Both the position numbers and the translations under genes were made by a program. A DNA stretch of 63,067 nucleotides, taken from positions 1 to 63,067 of the IMG/VR virus record IMGVR_UViG_3300017963_000288. One strand, given 5' to 3'. Each line of letters begins with the position of its first letter. Positions within the stretch are counted from its first letter, which is position 1. Shown here piece by piece: positions 55,266 to 63,067 of the stretch. The notes under the pieces were generated by a model. That model was not told the DNA's origin. It did no database searches and worked only from the letters and a program-made list of their open reading frames with translations. The stretch comes from a virus (taxonomy: Duplodnaviria; Caudoviricetes).

Positions 55266-57491
55266 CTACTCCTGCATGCCGCTAGATTCGGTAGCGGTGT
55301 TTTTCGCAATCGCCTTGAGCATATCGAGTTTTCTTGCGTCGGCAGTCTGTGCTTCTTTGGCGAGACGCAACTTCTCTTTGTCACGGGTTTCCGCAGCGGG
55401 AGGAACGAGATTCGTCTGGATCGCACGCGAGAACTCTTGCAGACCGGAAAACCCAACTTGACGAGCGCTGCCTGTTGTTGACTCCATTGCTTGGATAGAT
55501 TTGTCTCGCGTTGCCATGCGTCTCTGAATCGCCGCCATTTCTGCCTTGTCGAACTCGGATAACATAGGTTGTTCGGCGTAATGTTCAGCGAACGCACGAT
55601 CCATAGTTGCACCGAAGCCACCTCGTTTCGCCGCACGACGCCTTTCAATATAGGCGGCTTGTTGACTCGCACGCAACGCCTGTTTCTGGTCTGCGGACAT
55701 CGCCGGGGCTTTGTGGGTTTGACCCGACGTGTAGTTCGTGGCGAACGGATACTCCGGTGTACCTGTACCACCGAATTGCGACCGTAAATCGCGATTCACG
55801 CGACCCAACTCGCGATCAACCATCGTTAATTCTTTGCGAGCTTCCTTTTTCATCGACTCCCTGATATTGCCGCCAATCTTTTCCGGCGTGTTCCAATAGA
55901 ATGCCAGTTGTTCTTTCGCACTCGGCCCTTCTGACTCGTATCGCTTAACTTTAAGTTCAGCGAGCCGCTTGCGTTTGCCGAGTTCCGCACGTAGATTCAT
56001 CATGTTGTTGAATCGTTTTTTCACTTTCTCTGGATCGTCGGGGTCACTTTCCTTTTGTGCTGCCTTGCGTAACCGCTCTAACTTGATCTGTTCTTTCGTC
56101 GCCTTGTTTAGGCCGAGCATTGCGCTGATGTTGTCTTTCAAGACATCGACGAAATCTCGCCCGGTCAGTTTGGCTTCTACCCACGCACCACCCAACGCCG
56201 TCACGGCGGCCGTTAATGCGATGACAGCCACAACCGCCGGGTTAATCGACGCGCCGCCCAAAAGCCCAATCAATACTTTCATTACTGCCGCCACTTTTGG
56301 CATGGCGATCAATAACAGCAATACCTTTCCGGTCAACGCTGCGGTACTTAACGCATTACGGACAGAAGCCTCGTCCCACGCGGCCAGTCCACGAGCCCAC
56401 TCTTGGACCCATTTCACGACACCACGCAACGCTGGAATCATCATTTCGCCGAACGTAATCGCGGCGCTTTCGACCGCTGACTTCATTATGATGAACTGGC
56501 CTTGTAGGGTATTGAGTTGTGTTTCAGCAATCCGCTTCGCCGTCCCACCAGCATCCCGCAGCGATGACTCGAACCGTTTGATTTGTGAGCCACCTTGCTC
56601 CATCAAAGCCATAAAGCCAGATACGGCGCGAATACCGGCAATCTGGCCGATGGCGGCGTTTTTCTCGACCTCACCCATGTTTTCGGTAGCGGCTGTCACC
56701 TCGTCGATAATGTCGCCGAGATGTTTCAGTTTACCCGTTGAATCCTTGACATCCACACCCAGCGCTTTGAGTTGGTCACCGACAGCACCGGGCTGAATCT
56801 GCAATCGCAGGAGCATATTACGCAAGGCCGTTCCGGCCATCTGCCCTTGAATGCCGGCGTTTGACATCACTTGAATCGCTGCCGTCAGTTCTTCAATGTC
56901 TTTTCCGGAAGATTTACCGATTGGCCCAACGTATTTCATCGCATCGCCGAGCATCACGAGGTCTGTGTTCGACGTAGTAAACGCTTTTGTTAACACGTCC
57001 ACTGTATGCGTGAGGTCTTTTGCTTCGATCCCCATTCCGGCCATGATTTTTGCGGTGATGTCGGCCGCTTGTGCGACATCCATCTGTCCGGCTGCGGCGA
57101 GGTCGAGCGTGGCGGGCATCGCCGTCATAATCTTGTCTGACTTGAAACCAGCCAAAGCGAAGAACCCCATCGCCTGTGATGCCTGCCGTGCCGTGTAGAC
57201 GGTTGTTGCCCCAAGTTCCTTCGCTTGCGCCGACATGGCGTCGAACGCCGACCCTGTTTCACCAGTCAGCGCCTTGACCCGCGCCATGCCTTGCTCGAAG
57301 CCAGCGGCCACCTTTGCGATGGCTCCGAAACCGGCCGTACCGAGCAATAGGGCGATCTTCGCCTTGTTCGCCACGACCTGCATCTTCTGGATTCCGGTTG
57401 TGAAATGCGCATGTACCGACGCCATGCCAGCCTTGAATCCTTTTTGGTCGACGAAGATATAAGCGAACGCCTCGCCCAGTTTGATTGGCAT
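55266..57491 (-). CDS. tape measure protein (TP901-family core)
   Basis: FEQGMARVKA...AKELGATTVYTA.QA...MGFFALAGF...LDLAAAG...AGTALRN. Confidence 0.95.
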   Translation of the reverse strand: MPIKLGEAFAYIFVDQKGFKAGMASVHAHFTTGIQKMQVVANKAKIALLLGTAGFGAIAKVAAGFEQGMARVKALTGETGSAFDAMSAQAKELGATTVYTARQASQAMGFFALAGFKSDKIMTAMPATLDLAAAGQMDVAQAADITAKIMAGMGIEAKDLTHTVDVLTKAFTTSNTDLVMLGDAMKYVGPIGKSSGKDIEELTAAIQVMSNAGIQGQMAGTALRNMLLRLQIQPGAVGDQLKALGVDVKDSTGKLKHLGDIIDEVTAATENMGEVEKNAAIGQIAGIRAVSGFMALMEQGGSQIKRFESSLRDAGGTAKRIAETQLNTLQGQFIIMKSAVESAAITFGEMMIPALRGVVKWVQEWARGLAAWDEASVRNALSTAALTGKVLLLLIAMPKVAAVMKVLIGLLGGASINPAVVAVIALTAAVTALGGAWVEAKLTGRDFVDVLKDNISAMLGLNKATKEQIKLERLRKAAQKESDPDDPEKVKKRFNNMMNLRAELGKRKRLAELKVKRYESEGPSAKEQLAFYWNTPEKIGGNIRESMKKEARKELTMVDRELGRVNRDLRSQFGGTGTPEYPFATNYTSGQTHKAPAMSADQKQALRASQQAAYIERRRAAKRGGFGATMDRAFAEHYAEQPMLSEFDKAEMAAIQRRMATRDKSIQAMESTTGSARQVGFSGLQEFSRAIQTNLVPPAAETRDKEKLRLAKEAQTADARKLDMLKAIAKNTATESSGMQE

Positions 57492-57504
57492 GCTTATCCT
57501 CCAG

Positions 57505-57780
57505 TTATGGCTTCTTGCGATTCCCTTTCCGTCGTCGCTTTTTCAACCACTTGCGCTTCAGTTCCGCCCATTCACTACCACCAACAACCCGCACACCAGG
57601 ACCAAGGTCTTTTTCCTCGGCCAAGTACGTGCGTATCTGGTACAGTGTCATCTTGCCGACTTGTGCGGCCGTGAACCCGTAATCTTCGCCCAACCGTCTT
57701 AGGATTCGCCGCCAGGGGAAGGCTCGCTCGTCGTCTGGCCCTCCCCCGCCGTCGAGGGCGGCAAGTTCGGGCCAGTCGAG
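57505..57780 (-). CDS. -1 frame extension of the tail assembly chaperone (gpGT-like)
   Basis: Open from the slippery site: KLDWPELAALD...WRRILRRLGEDYGFTAAQVGKMTLYQI. Confidence 0.75.
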   Translation of the reverse strand, partial: LDWPELAALDGGGGPDDERAFPWRRILRRLGEDYGFTAAQVGKMTLYQIRTYLAEEKDLGPGVRVVGGSEWAELKRKWLKKRRRKGNRKKP

Positions 57781-58319
57781 TTTCCCAAGCCATCCTCACC
57801 GGACGGGCGTCCGAGGTCCGCCTGTATTCGATCAACGAGCAAAGATTCTGCCGCGTCCGCCGCCTCTTGCCCCGTTAACGTCGTGTTTTTCATCACGCTT
57901 TTCAGTACGCCCTCGAACTCGGTCATTATATCGGCCAAGAGCGTTTCCGGCGTAATGGTCTTACATGAACCGAGTGGATTCTCACTGTCATAGTCGGGAT
58001 CGTTGTGCCGCAATTGGACCCACGCCACATAGGCCATCCCTCGCAACGAGTCCATCCAATCGCTCAACTCTTGTCGCGTGATTGACTTCGCATGACACCG
58101 CTGTGCCATTGCGACTTCAAGTATTTGTTTCACGACAACGGGATCATCGCCAACTAAGGCGAGCATTTCCTTTGCCGCAACGAGTGGATTTTCTCGCAAC
58201 GACAATAGATGGTCCTCGAACTCCGCATAATGCTCCGCAATGCGGGGCCGCACCGTGTAATCCTTGCCAGCCAAACCAATCTTTGTTGGCGAGGCAAACG
58301 CGCGGTGTGCACCGTCCAT
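57699..58319 (-). CDS. tail assembly chaperone (gpG-like)
   Basis: Between tail tube and tape measure; slippery site near the 3' end. Confidence 0.8.
   Translation of the reverse strand: MDGAHRAFASPTKIGLAGKDYTVRPRIAEHYAEFEDHLLSLRENPLVAAKEMLALVGDDPVVVKQILEVAMAQRCHAKSITRQELSDWMDSLRGMAYVAWVQLRHNDPDYDSENPLGSCKTITPETLLADIMTEFEGVLKSVMKNTTLTGQEAADAAESLLVDRIQADLGRPSGEDGLGNSTGPNLPPSTAGEGQTTSEPSPGGES
57780..57786 (-). other. programmed -1 ribosomal frameshift heptamer G GGA AAC
   Basis: X XXY YYZ in the chaperone frame (L-G-N); the -1 frame runs open to 57505. Confidence 0.8.
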
Positions 58320-58364
58320 TGTTCCTTCCTCCGGGGTTTAGGTAGTATGGTCGAGGAATCGAAC

Positions 58365-58766
58365 TTACGACGGGTCGGTGATTGTTCCGTGCGATTGCCA
58401 ACTTGCGGTCCAACGCAACGGATCCCCTGATGCGGCATCGACCGAAACCTGGAAGTCGGTGATTTCGGCGTTTAGGGTATAGAACCGTGCATCGCCTCCC
58501 GTGACAGTCGAAAGGTACAGTTCCAGATCGTAATTCGTGCCCACGGCGAGTTCGTCCTCGGCCGGGTCATCAAAATCGTAAGGGCCTTCCATTGTGCCGG
58601 TCGCTCCGATGGCACCAGTAGACGAATACTTGTAACCACCGCTTCCGAACGTGGGAAAATGACCGCTGTCTGCCGCCAGTGTCATATCCCATTTGTCTGC
58701 ATAGGCCAACACGTTCGCGCCAGCCTTGACGCGGCCATATTTGCCGGTCCTATAATCGTTTGACAT
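58365..58766 (-). CDS. major tail tube protein
   Basis: Position; beta-rich 133 aa; GGAGG RBS. Confidence 0.7.
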   Translation of the reverse strand: MSNDYRTGKYGRVKAGANVLAYADKWDMTLAADSGHFPTFGSGGYKYSSTGAIGATGTMEGPYDFDDPAEDELAVGTNYDLELYLSTVTGGDARFYTLNAEITDFQVSVDAASGDPLRWTASWQSHGTITDPS

Positions 58767-58777
58767 TCTCCACCTCC

Positions 58778-58812
58778 AAAAAAAAGGACCTGCTCCGTTT
58801 GGAGTCAGGTCC
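58778..58812 (-). terminator. rho-independent terminator-like hairpin
   Basis: GGACCTG(A)CTCC-AAAC-GGAGCAGGTCC followed by T8, directly abutting the RBS of the tail tube gene. Confidence 0.7.
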
Positions 58813-58856
58813 AGTTGCTCTGGTACCCAAGCACAAGGGTCTGCGGTACTTTGGTG

Positions 58857-59432
58857 TTATGCGACGCCAGCGATTATGATGTCATACTCGATGTCGCCGC
58901 CGCTCGCTACGGAGCCATCCCACAAAATCTGTAGAATGTCCCCGGTTCCAGCCGTCACTTTAACGCCGTCCACGGGGGCCGTCAAGACGAATAACCCACC
59001 CGAACGGAGTCGCACTTCTGCCCCTGCGGTGTCATTCAGCCATTTTTGCCATGCGTTCGACGACGCCCCACCGATGAGTAAATCCTGTCCAGCCGCCGTA
59101 GTCCACGAGTCATCAGTACTACCATCGTTGCCAGCAGCCGGTAGGCCCTTGTTCTCAACGATGAGCGCCTTGACGGTCACGAAGGTAAGCGCGTTGCCAT
59201 AGATGTCCGTCAATCCACCTGACAAATCGAGTTGATCCGTCCCTGTATTGGAAGTCAGTGTGCGGCGATCCCGAAACAGGATGTCGTTTTGGTTCGCCCC
59301 CTTCCCTTGCGCCAGCGCCATTAGATATTGATATTCTCCACTGTCGGACGGTGTGCTTAACCCTGCATCGGTCGTGTCGTCATGGGTCCAATGAAACCTG
59401 AAATTAAGCCGATCCGATAACGTGGTACTCAT
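58857..59432 (-). CDS. virion structural protein
   Basis: Gly/Thr/Asp-rich beta protein in the tail operon. Confidence 0.65.
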   Translation of the reverse strand: MSTTLSDRLNFRFHWTHDDTTDAGLSTPSDSGEYQYLMALAQGKGANQNDILFRDRRTLTSNTGTDQLDLSGGLTDIYGNALTFVTVKALIVENKGLPAAGNDGSTDDSWTTAAGQDLLIGGASSNAWQKWLNDTAGAEVRLRSGGLFVLTAPVDGVKVTAGTGDILQILWDGSVASGGDIEYDIIIAGVA

Positions 59433-59830
59433 GGTCTGGCCTCCGAATATCCGTATTTGTAATCAATCTCGCACCACCACAACCCAACTTCCGTTTCGTC
59501 ATAACGGGTGGCTTGTTCTTCCAATAAATAGACGTTAATATTGTCAACGCTCAAGTCTTTTTCGCAATCCTTGAACACATCCACGATATCGTCGCGTAGG
59601 CTTTTCGCGAGTTCCTGCGTCGTCGTGTCCACAACGAACGTAAACAGCCCCTCGTGAAATCTCACACCGAACGCATCTCGCGTTTTCTCATCCTCTAAGA
59701 CCTTCAAAACACAAAAGGGTTTATCTTCGCCTTTTTTTGCATGTCCCTGGAATAGTTCACTGAACCCATCGGTGCTCAATTGCGAATCGGCATCGAACCG
59801 CGTTTTGATCGTCTCGAAAAATGTAGCCAT
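59429..59830 (-). CDS. tail terminator/completion protein
   Basis: Position after the gp10-like gene; ~130 aa; KPFCV pattern. Confidence 0.65.
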   Translation of the reverse strand: MATFFETIKTRFDADSQLSTDGFSELFQGHAKKGEDKPFCVLKVLEDEKTRDAFGVRFHEGLFTFVVDTTTQELAKSLRDDIVDVFKDCEKDLSVDNINVYLLEEQATRYDETEVGLWWCEIDYKYGYSEARP

Positions 59831-59843
59831 CCATATACCCTCA

Positions 59844-60464
59844 TTAGACGACGCGCATTCTAGTTTGTGCTGGTCGACAAATCAACGCCATAAGTCGCTG
59901 GCGGTTCCGCTGCACGGTACGGAAAATATATGGGCGAGGTTTCGTGCCGGGGTGACGCACTCGCCTTGCAAACACCCAATGTGACCGAGCCACAAAGCGG
60001 CCCGTAACGGCATCCCGGTCACGACGTTGTGTTCTCCCACCACGACGGAATGATGTTTGCCCGCCACGGGCGACACCGAAAACAAGAAACCTTTTTCGTC
60101 GCGGTACAATCGTATGGGCTTTAGTTCCTTTTTCCAGACCGGCACCGTACTTGAGCGTTGTGCCGACCTCACCAAGCATACGTTCCCTGTGTACTTGCCC
60201 ATAGATCGACTGCCGCAACTTGCCTGTGTCCGCTCGCGGTGGCTGGCCCGGCTTGCTGTGCTCAAATCGCATCGGTGGCCCAACGCCAGGTCCAGGACTT
60301 CTCGCACCGCTCCCGACGCGACTACTCTTGCTGATAACTAAGACGATCCGCTTGCGGCAATATGACGTCGCCAAGCGAAGGCCCTTCACGAGGTCCGCTT
60401 GCATTTGCGCAGACACGCGATGGCCATACCACTGAATCCTCGCTCGTCCGGTCTGTGGTAGCAT
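59844..60464 (-). CDS. HK97 gp10-like neck protein
   Basis: PRADTGKLRQSI...VGTTLKYGAGLEKGT...PRPYIF. Confidence 0.8.
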   Translation of the reverse strand: MLPQTGRARIQWYGHRVSAQMQADLVKGLRLATSYCRKRIVLVISKSSRVGSGARSPGPGVGPPMRFEHSKPGQPPRADTGKLRQSIYGQVHRERMLGEVGTTLKYGAGLEKGTKAHTIVPRRKRFLVFGVARGGQTSFRRGGRTQRRDRDAVTGRFVARSHWVFARRVRHPGTKPRPYIFRTVQRNRQRLMALICRPAQTRMRVV

Positions 60465-60465
60465 A

Positions 60466-60801
60466 TTATTGGTCCCGGTCTTTTTCGAGCGCGTAGACTT
60501 TCCATAATCGCCCCGCCTCGTCGGTGTTGATCGCCCTCGCGTCAACCTCGAACGTCCGTGTACCAAATATGACCTCGTCCCCCTGTTCCAACCCCGGATC
60601 GTGGTCATAATACAAAACGTGGCTTATTTCTGTCTCGAATTGAGTCGAGACGAGTCGGTCATTCGTGCTGGCTGGTTGGATAAAACAGGTGTGCGTATTG
60701 CCTTGCGTCTGTGACGGAGATAGGCTGCCAGCCGTGCCAGTCGTTTCGGACTGCGTGTTGTGAACGACGGTGTGGCGAGAACACAGTGACGAAAGGCTCA
60801 T
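60466..60801 (-). CDS. head closure (head-tail adaptor) protein
   Basis: CFIQP...SHVLY..GDEVIFGTRTFEV; position. Confidence 0.7.
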   Translation of the reverse strand: MSLSSLCSRHTVVHNTQSETTGTAGSLSPSQTQGNTHTCFIQPASTNDRLVSTQFETEISHVLYYDHDPGLEQGDEVIFGTRTFEVDARAINTDEAGRLWKVYALEKDRDQ

Positions 60802-61544
60802 TATATAAACCTCGCATATGTGATGAACGGGCGCAGTAACTTCTTGGATCGCTTAGGCAATTCCTGCGCGATGCCACCAGCGTATTTTACGGAATAATCG
60901 CCCAACTTTTCAGACACGATGTCACCCGCATCGACCCCATGTTGTGCGAACACCGCCTGCATCGCATAGAGCGTAGCCAATTTCACATTTGCCGCAATAC
61001 CAGCCTCGCGGTTGGTGGAATCGTAAGTCAATTCCGCTTGAGTGAATCCTGCCGTATAGACCACCTTCACGGTACGTGGGAATGAGGGCCAGAATGACCC
61101 GCGACGTATTAGCTTGCCGGAAATGGACAGGCCGGATTCCAGTTCGTCAATCTGATAATCGGTTCCCGCCACCAGATTGCTACCAGAAAAATCCGTCGAG
61201 CCCTGGCCACCATAGGCTCCTTCGTCCACGTTGACGCTCGTGATACTTCGTACCGGCCGTTCTGGCAACCACAGTGACTCCGATTCAAGCGACCGACCAG
61301 CCGATACAGAAACAGCCTTATCGCCACTAACATCCCATGAACGGACGGACGTCGCCGGATTGCCCCGCCGCCGTTGTGGGAGATAATGCGTGTAGGTTTT
61401 TTGTGGTTCCAGATTGCACCCGCAATACGCCTTGATGCTCCGCTCCACCATCGGCTGAATCATGGCGATCAACGCAGCCTCGGCGTCTGTGAGCGTACTG
61501 CCTTTGCCGAGCCAGACGGCAATCTCGCCGGGATCAAGTATCAT
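60801..61544 (-). CDS. head-tail connector (gp6/gp15-like)
   Basis: LPERPVRSITSV, VKVVYTAGF, SEKLGDYSVKY, KLLRPF. Confidence 0.8.
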   Translation of the reverse strand: MILDPGEIAVWLGKGSTLTDAEAALIAMIQPMVERSIKAYCGCNLEPQKTYTHYLPQRRRGNPATSVRSWDVSGDKAVSVSAGRSLESESLWLPERPVRSITSVNVDEGAYGGQGSTDFSGSNLVAGTDYQIDELESGLSISGKLIRRGSFWPSFPRTVKVVYTAGFTQAELTYDSTNREAGIAANVKLATLYAMQAVFAQHGVDAGDIVSEKLGDYSVKYAGGIAQELPKRSKKLLRPFITYARFI

Positions 61545-61551
61545 GCAGCAC

Positions 61552-61932
61552 CTATGTCTTTCCTACGTCGCCACCAGCACCCGGCAGAAACGTAATTACG
61601 CCTTTTTCAAACGACTTGATCGCATCCGTTGGGTACGTTTCACTTTCGTCAACCAGTAAGACCTCGGCGGAATAAACGCCGTAAAGGTCGGCGGTGTCAT
61701 CTTGGCCGAACCGAATCGTGACTTCGTTTGAACCAACAGAGGCTGTAATGAAACTGCCGCCAGACAACCTAGCTACGCTGTCGATGTCCAGAACAGGTGT
61801 CCCATGATTGCGGGACAGTTTACATCGCACCACATCGCCTGTTGCGACATTCACGGCCGTGGAGCCATCGTCCTCATAAAGGCTTACAGTGAAGTCGATA
61901 GTCCGGCCAGCGACAATTGTTTCTTCAAACAT
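61552..61932 (-). CDS. putative structural protein
   Basis: Acidic beta-rich ORF in the virion operon. Confidence 0.55.
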   Translation of the reverse strand: MFEETIVAGRTIDFTVSLYEDDGSTAVNVATGDVVRCKLSRNHGTPVLDIDSVARLSGGSFITASVGSNEVTIRFGQDDTADLYGVYSAEVLLVDESETYPTDAIKSFEKGVITFLPGAGGDVGKT

Positions 61933-61939
61933 AATTCCC

Positions 61940-62263
61940 TCAGTCGTCGTCATAAGACACGAAAGCGAACCCCTTGAACAGCCCACCAGACGTAGTAAGC
62001 ACTAACCCTTGGCCACTTTCGGTTTTGAGGTTGAATTGTGGGTTGTCCGCTGGCCCAATCTCGAATGGTCCTGCATCGGCAAGCACCTGCATTGGGCCAG
62101 TCAGGTTTGTACCGTCCGATTCTTCAATCATAATACTCCCGTTTGCAGAGAGCGTGCCGAATAGCCGATGCAATGTGCATTTCTTACTGTCCACCGCCGC
62201 CCTTAGTGTCGTAGAACCAGCGGCCTGTTGGTCGATCTGCACCTGTTCGTAAACTCGTCCCAT
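61940..62263 (-). CDS. putative structural protein
   Basis: AGGAG RBS; virion operon. Confidence 0.55.
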   Translation of the reverse strand: MGRVYEQVQIDQQAAGSTTLRAAVDSKKCTLHRLFGTLSANGSIMIEESDGTNLTGPMQVLADAGPFEIGPADNPQFNLKTESGQGLVLTTSGGLFKGFAFVSYDDD

Positions 62264-62274
62264 GATCTGCACTC

Positions 62275-62736
62275 CTATCGTGAAAAGATTACGCCGCCAG
62301 GGCCACCCCTGGCAAGACCGATTTCAGCGGGGCCACCGACTGCCGTAGCAATTCCAGCGGGGCCGATCCGGGTCAAATCAACCCCAGCGGGGCCGATCCG
62401 GGTCAAACCGACCCCACCAGGGCCATTTTGAGCAAGGATTGTGCCACCAGGGCCGGTATATGCCACGGAAATGCCGCCAGGGCCGTCTCTCGTCACGCCT
62501 AAGGCGGCTGGGCCGGCAATTGTGATGGATATACCACCAGGGCCATCTTGCGTCAGGGTGACGCCTCCAGACCCCTCACGACTCACACTGATATTGCCAG
62601 GATCGTCACGTAGCCAGTCGGTGTCGCCTGGGTCACGCCGTTCGCCCACTGGCTCGACCAGCATGGTGGCCCACTCGTCCACCGTCATACTGGCCCATTG
62701 GTCGACCGTCAGCGTTGTCCAATAGAGCTGCGTCAC
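62275..62736 (-). CDS. protein with 10-aa GP(G/A)G repeats
   Basis: About 12 units such as ISVAYTGPGG and VGLTRIGPAG; near-identical 30-bp DNA units around 62355-62415. Confidence 0.7.
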   Translation of the reverse strand: MTQLYWTTLTVDQWASMTVDEWATMLVEPVGERRDPGDTDWLRDDPGNISVSREGSGGVTLTQDGPGGISITIAGPAALGVTRDGPGGISVAYTGPGGTILAQNGPGGVGLTRIGPAGVDLTRIGPAGIATAVGGPAEIGLARGGPGGVIFSR

Positions 62737-63067
62737 TTCTTTTCCGGCTCCGGTTGTTTGGGCTCGTCTTTGGCCTCGACCTCAATCTCCGGTGCGTTGT
62801 AGACACGGTCCATCAAAGGATAGTGGGCACGGCCCAACCCTAGCTCCGGTACGATCTTGTCCAGGGCTTTGGTGATTGTTTCGTAGTCGCGTTTGTCTAC
62901 CAGAACTTCTTGCCCGCTCTTTTCGATTGTGTCTGCCAAGATTCCACTGACAATCAATTCCTTCGGTGACAGTTTGAGTCCAGGATGGGTAATCAGGTTC
63001 GCCAGCGTTTGCCGAACTTTGATCTTTTCGACCGGACCCTCCACACCGGGAGGCACGTAGTCTCGCA
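62733..63067 (-). CDS. hypothetical protein, probably 5'-truncated by the window edge
   Basis: Frame is open to the window end. Confidence 0.55.
   Translation of the reverse strand, partial: RDYVPPGVEGPVEKIKVRQTLANLITHPGLKLSPKELIVSGILADTIEKSGQEVLVDKRDYETITKALDKIVPELGLGRAHYPLMDRVYNAPEIEVEAKDEPKQPEPEKK

Overview
About 63 kb of a tailed (siphovirus-like) phage or prophage genome. A Planctomycetota-type host is inferred from gene content only. Layout: (1) 263-16620, minus strand: NDP-sugar epimerase, GT-B glycosyltransferase, ParB-like protein, HTH, HNH, an AAA/DUF3150/DUF1257/DUF2997-like module and many small 'early' genes. (2) 17152-22066: a second epimerase, ParB-like, DUF1353-like, a papain-like C1 peptidase and exported proteins. 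(3) 22370-30156, plus strand: replication/recombination genes (ParB-HTH, SF2 helicase, WGR, PD-(D/E)XK nuclease, RecT, RusA). (4) 30160-52019: an unusually large island of glycosyl-, methyl- and sulfotransferases and radical SAM enzymes, with a primase embedded. (5) 52530-63067, minus strand: head-tail joining and tail genes, including a tape measure protein and a tail chaperone with a GGGAAAC -1 frameshift site. No terminase large subunit, portal, capsid or integrase was recognised in the window. The most striking unannotated signals are in the early operon: two type II hammerhead ribozymes with a compensatory base-pair change, bracketing a 1552-nt two-gene unit, and a ~420-nt highly base-paired leader RNA ending in an anticodon-less tRNA mimic. 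Also notable: an AAA ATPase with its Walker B segment before Walker A, a shared C-terminal R-x-I-x-F-acidic tag on unrelated proteins, and a small-gene array with repeated stop/RBS/start junctions. All family assignments come from reading motifs by eye, not from database searches.
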